A stretch of DNA of 64,000 nucleotides from Escherichia coli (GTDB taxonomy: Bacteria; Pseudomonadota; Gammaproteobacteria; Enterobacterales; Enterobacteriaceae), in NCBI RefSeq assembly GCF_044324785.1, contig NZ_CP172127.1; one strand, written 5' to 3'. Under the pieces are notes generated by a model. The model searched no databases and was not told the DNA's origin. It saw only the letters and a list, made by a program, of their open reading frames with translations. Both the position numbers and the translations under genes were made by a program. Within the stretch, counting starts at the first letter, position 1, and each line of letters begins with the position of its first letter. Positions 26,806-39,013 of this stretch are shown piece after piece.

Positions 26806-27489
26806 CTACAGCAAGGCAAGGTTTATGTACTTTCCGGTTGCCGCATTTTCTGGATTTTCTGCAAGCCAGGGGATCTCTCCCAGCAGCGGCGCGGGAATCA
26901 TGCGGGTGAGCGTGGCCATATATTCAGCGTGACGTTTTCCAGGAGGCGTGACATCATTCGCCACCCAACCTGCCAGAGTCAGTCCGGCGTGTTGTATTGC
27001 CTGTGCCGTCAACATCGCGTGATTAATGCAGCCGAGTTTCACGCCAACTACCAGTATCACCGGCAGTTGTTCCTGTGTTACCCAATCCGCAAAAGTGAAA
27101 GTGTCAGAAAGCGGCGTAAACCAGCCGCCAGCACCTTCCACTAACACCCAGTCAGCCTGTTGTTCAAGCGCGCGTAATCCGGCGCTCATTACCAATGATT
27201 CTATCGGCCTGCCCTCTTGTGCGCTGATGATGTGCGGCGAAGTGGGTTCTGCGAAGGTGTAAGGATTTACCGTTGCGTAATCCAGCTGCAGGCTACTGTT
27301 GCGCTGTAACGCCAGCGCGTCACTATTACGTAAGCCTTTCGGGGTCTTTTCGCTGCCAGAGGCGACCGGTTTATAACCTGCCGTCCGATAACCTGCTACC
27401 TTCGCGGCTTGTAAAAGTGCACAACTGGCGACAGTTTTCCCCACTTCGGTATCTGTTCCGGTGACAAAATAACGTTTACTCACGAGCAA
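26806..27489 (-). CDS. bioD: Dethiobiotin synthetase BioD
   Basis: 227-aa ORF with P-loop GTDTEVGKT; the true start may be 2 codons inside. Confidence 0.9.
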   Translation of the reverse strand: MLVSKRYFVTGTDTEVGKTVASCALLQAAKVAGYRTAGYKPVASGSEKTPKGLRNSDALALQRNSSLQLDYATVNPYTFAEPTSPHIISAQEGRPIESLVMSAGLRALEQQADWVLVEGAGGWFTPLSDTFTFADWVTQEQLPVILVVGVKLGCINHAMLTAQAIQHAGLTLAGWVANDVTPPGKRHAEYMATLTRMIPAPLLGEIPWLAENPENAATGKYINLALL

Positions 27490-28231
27490 TTACTCCCAAA
27501 AAAAGATGATACGTCAGAGGATATCGCCCCTGTTGTTGCGGCCAAGCCAGTTGTAATCGCTGCAACTGCGAACGCGTTAATATTCGCGGGTCGCGCCCTT
27601 CATGAAGATGCGTGGCACCGATGCCTTTCAGCGAACGCATGGCACTGAGCGCATCAGCAAACCACAGCGTGATGGGCTGAATATGATGTTGATAATCCAC
27701 GCCGTTCAGCGACTGTTCGATTTCATCTGGCGGTAAAAAGCGATTAGCATGCGGGCGCTCGTCCACCGCCTGCCACGCCTGATGTAATTCAGGGAGCGAT
27801 CCCTGCACCAGCGTGGTAAACGCGACCACGCCTCCGGGGCGCACCACCCGATACAGCTCGCGAAGTGCCGTGGATAAATTACCGCACCACTGTACCGCGA
27901 GATTGCTCCATGCAAGATCGAAGGTTGCAGTCGCTAACGGCAGGGATTCGATATCTCCCGCCAGATAATGGTCTGCGGCATCCTTCTGGCGAGCCTGAAC
28001 AAGCATTGGCGGCGAGAGATCTAACGCCGTCACCTGCGCGTGACGTTCCCGCCAATGGCGGCTCATCCAGCCAGGTCCACAACCCGCGTCCAGTACGTGG
28101 GTGTATTTACGCTGTGGGAGCATTGCCAGTAAGACGTCAGCACTCTGGCGCTGTAACTCTGCGTGTTGCTCATAGTGCGCGGCTGCCCGACCAAATGCCG
28201 CTGCAATGGCTTGTTTATTAACCGTTGCCAT
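27476..28231 (-). CDS. bioC: Malonyl-ACP O-methyltransferase BioC
   Basis: ORF 27476..28270 trimmed to MATVNKQAI... (about 251 aa); SAM-methyltransferase motif LDAGCGPG. Confidence 0.9.
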   Translation of the reverse strand: MATVNKQAIAAAFGRAAAHYEQHAELQRQSADVLLAMLPQRKYTHVLDAGCGPGWMSRHWRERHAQVTALDLSPPMLVQARQKDAADHYLAGDIESLPLATATFDLAWSNLAVQWCGNLSTALRELYRVVRPGGVVAFTTLVQGSLPELHQAWQAVDERPHANRFLPPDEIEQSLNGVDYQHHIQPITLWFADALSAMRSLKGIGATHLHEGRDPRILTRSQLQRLQLAWPQQQGRYPLTYHLFLGVIARE

Positions 28232-29372
28232 GCAGCACCTCCAGCAGACGGTCGATATCCTGCATTTCATGCGCGGCGGTTAGTGTCAAGCGCAGTCGCG
28301 CAGTACCAGCGGGTACGGTTGGCGGGCGAATCGCCGTGACCCAGCAGCCTTGCTGGCGCAGTTTTTCTGCCAGTTGTAACGCACGGCTGTTATCACCGAC
28401 GATCAATGGCTGGATGGCGCTGCATGAATCAGCCAGCGTAAACGGCAAATCCTGTACTCCGGCACGAAAACGCGCAATGAGTGACACCAGTTTTTCGCGC
28501 CGTGCATCACCCTCATCACAGCGAATGACCGCCAGCGACGCACGTAATGCCTGCGCCTGAGCGGGCGGCATACTGGTGCTGTAGATAAGATGGCGGGCGA
28601 ATTGCAGCAGATAATCCGCCACCGTACTGGAGCAAAGCACCGCTGCCCCGCTGACGCCAAATCCTTTGCCAAAAGTCACCACCAGCAATTCTGGTTTTAC
28701 CTTTTGCAGCCAGCAGCTGCCACGCCCCTGCTCCCCGATAACGCCCGTGCCGTGGGCATCATCAACCATCAACCAGCCATTGTGCTGTTGCGTTACCTGC
28801 TGGATTTCCGCCAGTGGCGCACTATCGCCGTCCATGCTGAACACGCCTTCTGTCACCACCAGTTGCTGCCCCGGACAGGGGGAAGCAAGCAGTCGCGCCA
28901 GATGAGCGACATCGTTATGGGTAAAACGTCGAAGCTGCGACGGGCTTAAACTGGCAGCCTCCAGCAATGAGGCATGGCTAAGCCGGTCGGCAACAATACG
29001 GTCCTCTTTCGCCATCATCGCGGCAATGACTGCCTGATTAGCGGCAAAACCAGAGATAAACAGCAGTGCCCGCGAATAGCCCAGCCACTCGGCCAGTTCT
29101 TCTTCCAGCGCCTGATGTGCCACGCTATAACCGCTGACGTGACCGGAACCGCCGCTACCGACGCCAAATTGCTCCGCTCCCTGCTTCCATGCACGAATGA
29201 TGTCCGGATGATGGCTTAAGCCGAGGTAATCATTGCTGGAAAAGTTCAGATACTGGCGATCATCCGCCACCAGCCAGCGTCCGGCCCCTTGCGCCACTGG
29301 ATAACGGCGACGCAGGGCATCGGCAGCACGCCGCGCATCGAGCGCCGCGTTGATTTTCTCCTGCCAGCTCAT
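28218..29372 (-). CDS. bioF: 8-amino-7-oxononanoate synthase BioF
   Basis: 384-aa PLP-enzyme ORF; synteny. Confidence 0.95.
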   Translation of the reverse strand: MSWQEKINAALDARRAADALRRRYPVAQGAGRWLVADDRQYLNFSSNDYLGLSHHPDIIRAWKQGAEQFGVGSGGSGHVSGYSVAHQALEEELAEWLGYSRALLFISGFAANQAVIAAMMAKEDRIVADRLSHASLLEAASLSPSQLRRFTHNDVAHLARLLASPCPGQQLVVTEGVFSMDGDSAPLAEIQQVTQQHNGWLMVDDAHGTGVIGEQGRGSCWLQKVKPELLVVTFGKGFGVSGAAVLCSSTVADYLLQFARHLIYSTSMPPAQAQALRASLAVIRCDEGDARREKLVSLIARFRAGVQDLPFTLADSCSAIQPLIVGDNSRALQLAEKLRQQGCWVTAIRPPTVPAGTARLRLTLTAAHEMQDIDRLLEVLHGNG

Positions 29373-30409
29373 AGTGCTGCCGCGTTGTAATATTCGTCAG
29401 TGTCCGGGGTCATCAGTGCCTGCTCCAGACGCTGCTGTTGTTCGTTATCCCCTGCCAGCACGGCAGTTTGCTGCGGATTTAGCCCCAGTTTGCGGAACAG
29501 TTGCAGGTCTTTATCTTCTTCCGGATTCGGCGTGGTTAGCAGTTTGCAACCGTAGAAAATTGAGTTAGCCCCGGCCATAAAGCACATCGCCTGAGTCTGT
29601 TCATTCATCTGCTCGCGTCCGGCAGAAAGGCGCACGTATGAGGTCGGCATCATGATCCGCGCTACGGCAATGGTGCGAATAAAATCAAAGGCATCGACAT
29701 CATCGTTATCCGCCAGTGGAGTGCCTTTCACCTTCACCAGCATGTTGATTGGCACGCTTTCCGGCGGCGTCGGCAGGTTTGCCAGTTGCAGTAATAATCC
29801 GGCGCGATCTTTCACCGTTTCGCCTAAGCCCACAATGCCACCTGAGCAGACTTTGATCCCGGCATCGCGCACTTTTTCCAGCGTATCAAGGCGTTCCTGA
29901 TAAGTGCGTGTGGTGATGATATTGCCGTAAAACTCCGGCGAGGTGTCGAGGTTGTGGTTGTAGTAATCCAGCCCGGCGTTCGCAAGGCGCTGCGCCTGAG
30001 ATTCACTCAACGTACCCAGCGTCATACACGCCTCCAGCCCCATCGCTTTTACTCCCTGCACCATTTGTTCCAGGTAGGGCATATCGCGTTCGTGGGGATT
30101 CTTCCACGCCGCGCCCATACAGAAACGTGTTGATCCCGCCGCTTTCGCTTTGCGCGCCGACTCCAGCACCTGTTCAACTTCCATCAGCCGCTCGGCTTCC
30201 AGCCCGGTTTTATAGCGCGAGCTTTGCGGGCAATATTTGCAATCTTCCGGACAAGCTCCGGTTTTAATCGACAGCAAAGTGCTGACCTGCACCTGACGTG
30301 GATCGAAATGCTGACGATGCACCTGCTGCGCTTCAAACAGCAGATCCAGCAACGGTTTTTCAAATAATTCTGTGACTTGCGACAATGTCCAGCGTGGGCG
30401 GTGAGCCAT
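29369..30409 (-). CDS. bioB: Biotin synthase BioB (radical SAM)
   Basis: 346-aa ORF with CPEDCKYC motif. Confidence 0.95.
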   Translation of the reverse strand: MAHRPRWTLSQVTELFEKPLLDLLFEAQQVHRQHFDPRQVQVSTLLSIKTGACPEDCKYCPQSSRYKTGLEAERLMEVEQVLESARKAKAAGSTRFCMGAAWKNPHERDMPYLEQMVQGVKAMGLEACMTLGTLSESQAQRLANAGLDYYNHNLDTSPEFYGNIITTRTYQERLDTLEKVRDAGIKVCSGGIVGLGETVKDRAGLLLQLANLPTPPESVPINMLVKVKGTPLADNDDVDAFDFIRTIAVARIMMPTSYVRLSAGREQMNEQTQAMCFMAGANSIFYGCKLLTTPNPEEDKDLQLFRKLGLNPQQTAVLAGDNEQQQRLEQALMTPDTDEYYNAAAL

Positions 30410-30451
30410 GGGGCTTCTCCAAAACGTGTTTTTTGTTGTTAATTCGGTGTA

Positions 30452-30490
30452 GACTCGTAAACCTAAATCTTTTCAATTTGGTTTACAAGT
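30452..30490. promoter_or_regulatory. bio operator (BirA binding site) in the bioB-bioA divergent promoter
   Basis: Near-palindrome gtaaacctaaatcttttcaatttggtttac. Confidence 0.7.
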
Positions 30491-30495
30491 CGATT

Positions 30496-31785
30496 ATGAC
30501 AACGGACGATCTTGCCTTTGACCAACGCCATATCTGGCACCCATACACATCCATGACCTCCCCGCTACCGGTTTATCCGGTGGCGAGCGCCGAAGGTTGC
30601 GAGCTAATTTTGTCTGACGGCAGACGCCTGGTTGACGGTATGTCGTCCTGGTGGGCGGCGATCCACGGTTACAATCACCCGCAGCTTAATGCGGCGATGA
30701 AGTCGCAAATTGATGCCATGTCGCATGTGATGTTTGGCGGTATCACCCATGCGCCAGCCATTGAGCTGTGCCGCAAACTGGTGGCAATGACGCCGCAACC
30801 GCTGGAATGCGTTTTTCTCGCGGACTCCGGTTCCGTAGCGGTGGAAGTGGCGATGAAAATGGCGTTGCAGTACTGGCAAGCCAAAGGCGAAGCGCGCCAG
30901 CGTTTTCTGACCTTCCGCAATGGTTATCATGGCGATACCTTTGGCGCGATGTCGGTGTGCGATCCGGATAACTCAATGCACAGTCTGTGGAAAGGCTATC
31001 TGCCAGAAAACTTGTTTGCTCCCGCCCCGCAAAGCCGCATGGATGGTGAATGGGATGAGCGCGATATGGTGGGCTTTGCCCGCCTGATGGCGGCGCATCG
31101 TCATGAAATCGCGGCGGTGATCATTGAACCGATTGTCCAGGGCGCAGGCGGGATGCGCATCTACCATCCGGAATGGTTAAAACGAATCCGCAAAATGTGC
31201 GATCGCGAAGGTATCTTGCTGATTGCCGACGAGATCGCCACTGGATTTGGTCGTACCGGCAAACTGTTTGCCTGTGAACATGCAGATATCGCGCCGGACA
31301 TTTTGTGCCTCGGTAAAGCCTTAACCGGCGGTACAATGACCCTTTCCGCCACACTCACCACGCGCGAGGTTGCGGAAACCATCAGCAACGGCGAAGCCGG
31401 TTGCTTTATGCATGGGCCAACTTTTATGGGCAATCCGCTGGCCTGCGCGGCAGCAAACGCCAGCCTGGCGATTCTCGAATCTGGCGACTGGCAGCATCAG
31501 GTGGCGGCTATTGAAGTACAACTGCGCGAGCAACTTGCCCCCGCCTGTGACGCCAAAATGGTTGCCGATGTGCGCGTACTGGGGGCAATCGGCGTGGTCG
31601 AAACCACTCGTCCGGTGAATATGGCAGCGCTGCAAAAATTCTTTGTCGAACAAGGTGTCTGGATCCGGCCTTTTGGCAAACTGATTTACCTGATGCCGCC
31701 CTATATTATTCTCCCGCAACAGTTGCAGCGTCTGACCGCAGCGGTTAATCGTGCGGTGCAGGATGAAACATTTTTTTGCCAATAA
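30496..31785 (+). CDS. bioA: Adenosylmethionine-8-amino-7-oxononanoate aminotransferase BioA
   Basis: ORF 30385..31785 trimmed to MTTDDLAFD... (429 aa). Confidence 0.95.
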   Translation: MTTDDLAFDQRHIWHPYTSMTSPLPVYPVASAEGCELILSDGRRLVDGMSSWWAAIHGYNHPQLNAAMKSQIDAMSHVMFGGITHAPAIELCRKLVAMTPQPLECVFLADSGSVAVEVAMKMALQYWQAKGEARQRFLTFRNGYHGDTFGAMSVCDPDNSMHSLWKGYLPENLFAPAPQSRMDGEWDERDMVGFARLMAAHRHEIAAVIIEPIVQGAGGMRIYHPEWLKRIRKMCDREGILLIADEIATGFGRTGKLFACEHADIAPDILCLGKALTGGTMTLSATLTTREVAETISNGEAGCFMHGPTFMGNPLACAAANASLAILESGDWQHQVAAIEVQLREQLAPACDAKMVADVRVLGAIGVVETTRPVNMAALQKFFVEQGVWIRPFGKLIYLMPPYIILPQQLQRLTAAVNRAVQDETFFCQ

Positions 31786-31843
31786 CGGGAAGTCAGCGTG
31801 AGGGTTTCTGGCTACACTTTCTGCAAACTAGAAAGGAGGGTTC

Positions 31844-32320
31844 ATGAAACTCATCAGTAATGATCTGCGCGATGGCGATAAGTTGCCGCATCGTCATGTC
31901 TTTAACGGCATGGGTTACGATGGCGATAATATTTCACCGCATCTGGCGTGGGATGATGTTCCTGCGGGAACGAAAAGTTTTGTCGTCACCTGCTACGACC
32001 CGGATGCGCCAACCGGCTCCGGCTGGTGGCACTGGGTCGTTGTTAACTTACCCGCTGATACCCGCGTATTACCGCAAGGGTTTGGCTCTGGTCTGGTAGC
32101 AATGCCAGACGGCGTTTTGCAGACGCGTACCGACTTTGGTAAAGCCGGATACGGTGGCGCAGCGCCGCCGAAAGGCGAAACCCATCGCTACATTTTTACC
32201 GTTCACGCGCTGGATGTAGAACGTATTGATGTCGATGAAGGTGCCAGCGGCGCGATGGTCGGGTTTAACGTCCATTTCCACTCTCTGGCAAGCGCCTCGA
32301 TTACTGCGATGTTTAGTTAA
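31844..32320 (+). CDS. ybhB: YbhB, PEBP/RKIP-family protein
   Basis: 158-aa ORF; synteny. Confidence 0.9.
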   Translation: MKLISNDLRDGDKLPHRHVFNGMGYDGDNISPHLAWDDVPAGTKSFVVTCYDPDAPTGSGWWHWVVVNLPADTRVLPQGFGSGLVAMPDGVLQTRTDFGKAGYGGAAPPKGETHRYIFTVHALDVERIDVDEGASGAMVGFNVHFHSLASASITAMFS

Positions 32321-32326
32321 TCACTC

Positions 32327-32352
32327 TGCCAGATGGCGCTATGCCATCTGGT
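32327..32352 (+). terminator. Hairpin after ybhB
   Basis: gccagatggcgctatgccatctggt immediately after the ybhB stop. Confidence 0.4.
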
Positions 32353-32471
32353 ATCACTTAAAGGTATTAAAAACAACTTTTTGTCTTTTTACCTTCCCGT
32401 TTCGCTCAAGTTAGTATAAAAAAGCAGGCTTCAACGGATTCATTTTTCTATTTCATAGCCCGGAGCAACCT

Positions 32472-33755
32472 GTGAACACATTTTCAGTTTCCCGTCTGGC
32501 GCTGGCATTGGCTTTTGGCGTGACGCTGACCGCCTGTAGCTCAACACCGCCCGATCAACGTCCTTCTGATCAAACCGCGCCTGGTACCTCTTCTCGCCCG
32601 ATTCTGTCGGCAAAAGAAGCGCAGAATTTCGATGCTCAACACTATTTTGCATCCCTGACACCAGGTGCGGCAGCGTGGAATCCTTCCCCGATTACCCTGC
32701 CTGCACAACCTGACTTTGTTGTCGGCCCGGCGGGTACTCAAGGTGTAACGCATACCACGATTCAGGCGGCGGTAGATGCGGCAATTATCAAGCGTACCAA
32801 CAAGCGCCAGTATATTGCCGTGATGCCTGGTGAGTATCAGGGAACGGTATATGTCCCTGCCGCTCCGGGTGGAATTACTCTGTACGGTACAGGTGAAAAA
32901 CCGATTGATGTGAAGATTGGGCTTTCCCTTGATGGGGGCATGAGCCCTGCCGACTGGCGTCATGACGTCAACCCGCGCGGCAAATATATGCCAGGTAAAC
33001 CAGCGTGGTATATGTACGATAGCTGCCAGAGCAAACGCAGCGACAGTATCGGTGTTCTCTGCTCTGCGGTCTTCTGGTCACAAAACAATGGCCTGCAACT
33101 GCAAAACCTGACCATCGAAAACACGCTGGGCGATAGCGTAGATGCGGGTAACCATCCGGCGGTGGCACTGCGTACTGATGGTGACCAGGTACAGATTAAC
33201 AACGTTAACATTCTCGGTCGTCAGAATACCTTCTTTGTCACCAACAGTGGTGTGCAAAACCGTCTGGAAACCAACCGTCAGCCGCGTACTCTGGTGACCA
33301 ACAGTTACATTGAAGGGGATGTGGATATCGTTTCTGGTCGCGGCGCAGTGGTGTTCGATAATACCGAATTCCGCGTGGTGAACTCACGTACTCAGCAAGA
33401 AGCGTATGTGTTTGCACCGGCAACACTGTCTAACATCTATTACGGTTTCCTCGCCGTAAACAGCCGTTTCAATGCTTCCGGTGATAGCGTGGCGCAACTG
33501 GGCCGCTCGCTGGATGTTGATGCTAATACCAACGGTCAGGTGGTGATCCGTGATAGCGCCATCAACGAAGGTTTTAATACGGCTAAACCGTGGGCCGATG
33601 CGGTGATTTCCAATCGTCCGTTTGCGGGTAATACTGGCAACGTTGATGATAACGACGAAGTACAGCGTAATCTGAATGACACTAACTACAACCGCATGTG
33701 GGAATACAATAACCGCGGCGTGGGTAGCAAAGTGGTTGCAGAGGCGAAGAAGTAA
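32472..33755 (+). CDS. ybhC: YbhC, pectinesterase-like outer-membrane lipoprotein
   Basis: 427-aa ORF with a lipoprotein signal (LTACSS) and pectin-lyase-fold-like repeats. Confidence 0.9.
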   Translation: MNTFSVSRLALALAFGVTLTACSSTPPDQRPSDQTAPGTSSRPILSAKEAQNFDAQHYFASLTPGAAAWNPSPITLPAQPDFVVGPAGTQGVTHTTIQAAVDAAIIKRTNKRQYIAVMPGEYQGTVYVPAAPGGITLYGTGEKPIDVKIGLSLDGGMSPADWRHDVNPRGKYMPGKPAWYMYDSCQSKRSDSIGVLCSAVFWSQNNGLQLQNLTIENTLGDSVDAGNHPAVALRTDGDQVQINNVNILGRQNTFFVTNSGVQNRLETNRQPRTLVTNSYIEGDVDIVSGRGAVVFDNTEFRVVNSRTQQEAYVFAPATLSNIYYGFLAVNSRFNASGDSVAQLGRSLDVDANTNGQVVIRDSAINEGFNTAKPWADAVISNRPFAGNTGNVDDNDEVQRNLNDTNYNRMWEYNNRGVGSKVVAEAKK

Positions 33756-33824
33756 AAAAGAAAACCCGATAGTCTGAACCATCGGGTTAATGAAACAGGG
33801 CGCTATATTTCATAGCGCCTTTTT

Positions 33825-36086
33825 TTACATCTGACGGTTTTTATTGAAGTTAATCAAACTACCCGCCTTGATAATCTCGCGTTCTTCAGCAGTCAGACTT
33901 TCCATATAGAGCGTAATCTCTGTTACCGGCGCATCTTCATGGATCACATAACCTTTAAACGTCGTACCCGGATTATCCAGCGCCGCTTTAATGCCAGGGA
34001 TGTAAATGTAATCCCCCACTTCAAACGCTGGTGCTTCCGCCATTTGCAGCGGTAACATCCCCCAGTTGATGACGTTAGAACGGTAGCGTTTAGTCGCGTA
34101 TTCCTCGGCAATATTCGCCAGACCGCCAATCACACGCTGGCAGCTCGCCGCCTGCTCACGCGCAGAACCATCGCCTGGTTTCACCGCATAGACCATGCTG
34201 CCAATTTCAGTTTGCAGCGGATCAATATGCTCCTGACCAGCAATCTGCTTAATGCGCGCAAACACCTCTGTCAGCTCACTGACATTCCCCGCCAGACGCT
34301 GATTTTCCAGCTCAGCAGTCGCTTTACTTCTGCCAACATAACCTGGATCGCGGCGTGACAGGGTAAACTCCGCCAGACCAATCGGATTTGAACGATAAGA
34401 AGATGTTTCACCGGAAGGAATCAGTTCGTCGGTGGTGGTCACTTCGTCGAGGATCTTCGAGCACACTTTGAGGACGATATTGTCAGTCAGCGCACCCAAT
34501 TCCGGCCAGTCTTTAATGTTCGGTCCGTAAATCAGCGGTTGCTGGGTCGCCCCTTTCACAAAGCCCTGATAAACACGGTTTTTATACGGCGTTACATCGA
34601 AGGCGTACTCCGGCACGTTGTCCCAGCAATCCAGCTCGCTGGCAGAGGTTAAATAGCCACCGTTTGCCGCAGTCGCAGCGATGGAACGAGCGTCCATCAA
34701 CGCCACTGCTGACATCTGCCCATTGGCTGGCTTAGAGCCTTCGCGGTTCGGGAAGTTACGCGTGGTGTGGCGAATACTCAAACCGTTGTTGATTGGCGTA
34801 TCGCCCGCGCCGAAGCATGGGCCGCAGAACGCGGTTCTGATGATTGCGCCTGCGCCAATCAAATCTGCTACCACGCCTTTTTTGGCTAAATCCATAAACA
34901 CCGGCTGTGATGACGGGTAAACCGCCAGCGAGAAGGTGTCATTGCCACAGGATTGACCGCGCAGTGCATTCGCCGCCGCGATGACGTTTTCGTAGTTACC
35001 GCCAGAACAGCCCGCGATAATCCCCTGCTGCACTTTCAGGCGACCATTTTCCACTTTATCCAGCAGCGAGAGTTTGGCTTTACCGTGCGCCACGCGTTCG
35101 GACTCAATTTCAATCTCACGCAGAATGTCGGTCAGGTTCTGGTTCAGCGTGTCGATTTCATACACGTTGCTCGGGTGGAACGGCAGCGCAATCATTGGTT
35201 TGATGGCGCTTAAATCAACGCTGATGCAGCCATCGTAGTACGCCATCGGTTGAGGGTTAAGCTGGCAGTAATCCTGGCCGCGACCGTGCAGCGCCAGCCA
35301 GTTATGGACTTCTTCATCGGTTTGCCAGATAGAACTTAAACAGGTCGTTTCAGTGGTCATAACGTCAACGCTGTTACGGAAATCGGTAGAGAGCGCAGCA
35401 ACACCGGGACCTACGAATTCCATCACTTTGTTTTTGACGTAGCCGTTTTTGAACACGGCACCGATGATAGCCAGCGCCACATCCTGTGGCCCCACATACG
35501 GCGCAGGTTTTCCGGTCAGATGCACCGCAACAACTCCCGGATAGTCGATATCCCAGGTGTCATTAAGCAGCTGTTTTACCAACTCACCGCCACCCTCACC
35601 GACTGCCATTGTCCCTAATGCACCGTAACGGGTGTGGCTGTCTGACCCGAGGATCATTTTGCCCCCGCCTGCCATCATCTCACGCATATATTGATGGATG
35701 ACCGCAATATGCGGAGGCACAAAAATACCGCCATAACGCTGAGCTGCCGATAAACCAAAAACATGGTCATCACCGTTAATGGTGCCGCCGACGGCGCAGA
35801 GTGAGTTATGGCAGTTGGTCAGCACATACGGCAGCGGGAAACGTTCCATACCGGACGCTTTAGCGGTCTGTACAATACCAACAAAGGTAATATCGTGAGA
35901 GGCTAATGAATCAAACTTAATTTTAAGTTTATCCATATTTCCGGACGTATTATGAGAAGAGAGAATAGACCAGGCAATAGTGCCTTTTTTTGCTTCTTCT
36001 TTTTTAATTTCGCCGGTGAAATGTTCTTCGGCAATTATTTCGTTATTACTGGCGAGAAACACGCCTTTTTCAGATAACTTGATCAT
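33825..36086 (-). CDS. ybhJ: YbhJ, aconitase-family protein
   Basis: ORF 33825..36110; start trimmed to MIKLSEKG (about 753 aa). Confidence 0.88.
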   Translation of the reverse strand: MIKLSEKGVFLASNNEIIAEEHFTGEIKKEEAKKGTIAWSILSSHNTSGNMDKLKIKFDSLASHDITFVGIVQTAKASGMERFPLPYVLTNCHNSLCAVGGTINGDDHVFGLSAAQRYGGIFVPPHIAVIHQYMREMMAGGGKMILGSDSHTRYGALGTMAVGEGGGELVKQLLNDTWDIDYPGVVAVHLTGKPAPYVGPQDVALAIIGAVFKNGYVKNKVMEFVGPGVAALSTDFRNSVDVMTTETTCLSSIWQTDEEVHNWLALHGRGQDYCQLNPQPMAYYDGCISVDLSAIKPMIALPFHPSNVYEIDTLNQNLTDILREIEIESERVAHGKAKLSLLDKVENGRLKVQQGIIAGCSGGNYENVIAAANALRGQSCGNDTFSLAVYPSSQPVFMDLAKKGVVADLIGAGAIIRTAFCGPCFGAGDTPINNGLSIRHTTRNFPNREGSKPANGQMSAVALMDARSIAATAANGGYLTSASELDCWDNVPEYAFDVTPYKNRVYQGFVKGATQQPLIYGPNIKDWPELGALTDNIVLKVCSKILDEVTTTDELIPSGETSSYRSNPIGLAEFTLSRRDPGYVGRSKATAELENQRLAGNVSELTEVFARIKQIAGQEHIDPLQTEIGSMVYAVKPGDGSAREQAASCQRVIGGLANIAEEYATKRYRSNVINWGMLPLQMAEAPAFEVGDYIYIPGIKAALDNPGTTFKGYVIHEDAPVTEITLYMESLTAEEREIIKAGSLINFNKNRQM

Positions 36087-36139
36087 CAAATGCTCCAGAT
36101 ATCTGCGCACCGTGAAGTGCGCAGAAAGATAATAAATGG

Positions 36140-36273
36140 ATATACTCTAAATAATTCGAGTTGCAGGAAGGCGACAAGCGAGTGAATCCCCAGGAGCTTA
36201 CATAAGTAAGTGACTGGGGTGAGCGAACGCAGACGCAGCACATGCAACTTGAAGTATGACGAGTATATTTACA
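36140..36273. repeat. ERIC (IRU) element
   Basis: Contains gtgaatccccaggagcttacat and aagtaagtgactggggtgagcg, which match the two standard ERIC primer sequences as I recall them, within an imperfect ~130-bp palindrome. Confidence 0.75.
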
Positions 36274-37702
36274 GCATGTTCCAGCCGATCAGCATATTCC
36301 ACCACCACACTCCGAGGGTGATATGCACCAGGAAGGTTAATATCGTCAGTACCGCACCGACCAACCACCAGGATTTAATATCGTTGTAACCCACGCCAAA
36401 GATGACCGGACCTGCCGCGCCGCCATAGTGAGTAACCATGCCGCCATAGGAGTTGGAGAACAACAGTGCCAGCGCGGTTAACATTAACGGTGCGCCGGAG
36501 ACGTTCGCCAGCATGGCAAATACCGGTAACATGGCAACGATATAGGCACTACCGGAAGCGAAGAAATAACGCACGATAATGCTGAGGAAAATAATAACGA
36601 AGAAAGCAACGTTACCGTGACCATCAAATGCCAGGTTATTTTTAAAGACTTCAGCTAACCATTCGAAGAATTTCACTTTCGATAATAAGGAGCTTAAGCC
36701 GATAATACCGCCGTACCAGATTAAGGTATTCCAGCCGCCTTTATTTTTAACCACGTCTTCCCAGGTAACGATACCCAGCAGCAGCATAGTCGCCATAACA
36801 ACGATTGCCACGGTGGATTCATCAACCCCCAGTGACTTACTGAAAATCCAGCCCAGTAGCGCCAGCACAAAGACACCGAGCAGCATTTTTTCGCGGATTT
36901 TCATCGGTCCCAGTTCGGCAAGGCCCGCTTTGGCGATGGTTTTGTTATCCACCTTCTTAATTTCTGGCGGATACATGGTGTAAATCACCAGCGGGGTGAC
37001 CAGCAGCATAATGATACCCGGCAATCCAGCGGCCAGCGCCCATCCACCCCAGCTAATTTGCAGGTGCAGAATGTCGTTGATCATTTTCAGCGCCAGAATG
37101 TTCCCCGCCATTGCGGTAAAGAACATATAGCTGGTGGTTTTGGTGACCATGTAAATGGACATCATCAGGTAATGTCCGACACGACGCGGACTTTTTTCCG
37201 GTTCGGACCCCAAAGCCACCGCCACACTGTTGATGATCGGTAACACAATGCCGCCCGCACGCGCGGTGTTAGACGGTGTTGCCGGAGCCAGTACCAGATC
37301 GAGGAATACCGTAACGTAACCCAGACCCAGCGTGGTGTTACCGATTTTACCAATCAGCAGATAGGCTATACGTTTGCCTAAGCCGGTGGTCACAAATGCG
37401 GCGCTTAAGGTGAACGCCGAGAACACCAGCCAGGTGGTACCTGAAGAGTAACCGCTTAATACGGCGGTGGTCTTAAACGCACCGTCGGATAAGTTACCGA
37501 CCACCACCATTGAGGCAGCAACGGCAATTAACAGTACGACAGGTTCCGGGAAAGGCTTGATAACCAGCCCCACAATGGCCGCCAGGTAAATACCAAAAAG
37601 CACCCACGCCAGTTCGCTTAATCCTGCCGGAGCTGGCATAAAGCCAATAATACATGGGATCGCTAATATCAGAATTAGCTTCCATAACGATTTTTTATTC
37701 AT
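36269..37702 (-). CDS. ybhI: YbhI, DASS-family anion transporter
   Basis: 477-aa polytopic ORF; synteny. Confidence 0.9.
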   Translation of the reverse strand: MNKKSLWKLILILAIPCIIGFMPAPAGLSELAWVLFGIYLAAIVGLVIKPFPEPVVLLIAVAASMVVVGNLSDGAFKTTAVLSGYSSGTTWLVFSAFTLSAAFVTTGLGKRIAYLLIGKIGNTTLGLGYVTVFLDLVLAPATPSNTARAGGIVLPIINSVAVALGSEPEKSPRRVGHYLMMSIYMVTKTTSYMFFTAMAGNILALKMINDILHLQISWGGWALAAGLPGIIMLLVTPLVIYTMYPPEIKKVDNKTIAKAGLAELGPMKIREKMLLGVFVLALLGWIFSKSLGVDESTVAIVVMATMLLLGIVTWEDVVKNKGGWNTLIWYGGIIGLSSLLSKVKFFEWLAEVFKNNLAFDGHGNVAFFVIIFLSIIVRYFFASGSAYIVAMLPVFAMLANVSGAPLMLTALALLFSNSYGGMVTHYGGAAGPVIFGVGYNDIKSWWLVGAVLTILTFLVHITLGVWWWNMLIGWNML

Positions 37703-37777
37703 TTAAAATCCTGTTCTTTCTGTATGACTCATACAGAAGTCCTTTATTGATTGTCCTTATCCTGACAACGAATTTTT

Positions 37778-38830
37778 TCAGGGAAGAAAAACTTCACCGG
37801 AAAATATTTTTCTGGTTGTCCGAATAACAGATGCGCGTAACGTCGTGGCATCCTGACCTTCATTACTTAAATGAACGTCGAGCGCACCACTGGGGTGTTC
37901 AATATTGATATTGCCGTATCCTACAGAAGGGACGATTTGTCGGGTGACGGTGCCTTCCAATGCACAACTACTGGAAATGGCAATAGCTCCGGTTATCGCC
38001 AGAGCGCGATGGCAAGAATGCGGCATAAAATAACGCACATTAATTGCTCCGCCTTTCTGCGCTGGAGAAATAAGCACAGGTTTAGGGATAACCATATTAC
38101 TGACATCGCCTAAGCCCATTGCTTTACCCGCTTGTAGACGGATAGATTCAATGCGGGCTAATAATGCTTTGTCAGCATCCAGCTCCGTCGGTAATTCATA
38201 GCCTGTTTTTCCCAGATATTCAGCAGGAATAATAACAACTGGCATCGCCATATCGATACAGGTCACCGGGACATCGTCAAAATAATCAATCTGATTATCA
38301 GTCGGGAAGACTTTTCCGGTTTTGGTTCCGGCGGCATTCAGGAAAGTGAGCGCAACCGGTGCGGCAGTACCCGGTACGCCGTCAATTCTGGCGCTACCCT
38401 CGTACTCGACAACACCATTTGGCGTTTGCACATCAGCTTCGATGAACGTACCCGTATTGACGTTGCGGATACGTACGCGGGTAACTGGCGAAGTCGCTGC
38501 AATCAAACCATTTTCAATGGCGAATGCCCCAACGCCAGACAGCATATTGCCGCAGTTAGGCGTGGTATCGACACGTTGCTCATGGACGATAACTTGAGCA
38601 AACAGATAATCGACATCTGCACGCGGATCGCTGGAGCGGCTAATAATGGCGACTTTACTGGTCAGCGGATTACCGCCGCCAATACCGTCAATTTCCAGAT
38701 CGTTACCGGAACCCATAATTGCCATCAATATTTTATCGCGCTGCGTTTGATCTTCGGGTAAATGTTCCGCTAACAAGAACGCGCCCCTCGAGGTTCCACC
38801 TCGCATCATCACGCAGGGTATTTTTTTCAT
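37778..38830 (-). CDS. ybhH: YbhH, PrpF-family isomerase
   Basis: 350-aa ORF; synteny. Confidence 0.9.
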   Translation of the reverse strand: MKKIPCVMMRGGTSRGAFLLAEHLPEDQTQRDKILMAIMGSGNDLEIDGIGGGNPLTSKVAIISRSSDPRADVDYLFAQVIVHEQRVDTTPNCGNMLSGVGAFAIENGLIAATSPVTRVRIRNVNTGTFIEADVQTPNGVVEYEGSARIDGVPGTAAPVALTFLNAAGTKTGKVFPTDNQIDYFDDVPVTCIDMAMPVVIIPAEYLGKTGYELPTELDADKALLARIESIRLQAGKAMGLGDVSNMVIPKPVLISPAQKGGAINVRYFMPHSCHRALAITGAIAISSSCALEGTVTRQIVPSVGYGNINIEHPSGALDVHLSNEGQDATTLRASVIRTTRKIFSGEVFLP

Positions 38831-38914
38831 AATAATGCCCTCAATTTAAAAACATAACTTATTGCGATATGGTTACATTAAGGGCAAAGCATCTCTAATG
38901 ACTTTAGCTCAACG

Positions 38915-38937
38915 ATTAATAACATTTTTTCATTAAT
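38915..38937. promoter_or_regulatory. ATTAAT-N11-ATTAAT dyad (LysR-type T-N11-A motif) in the ybhH-ybhD divergent region
   Basis: attaataacattttttcattaat, about 75 bp upstream of ybhD. Confidence 0.35.
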
Positions 38938-39013
38938 TTAAGTTGGCTAAATGCAGTTAAAATTTTTAACGGCCAGCCACCCAAAATCGAGGCTTCCATT
39001 TTCCGGAGTAATA

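Noticed and set aside
26723-26932. 69-aa plus-strand ORF at the bioD 3' end
   Set aside because: Overlaps bioD antisense and extends over the inverted repeat; no ribosome-binding site or recognisable product.
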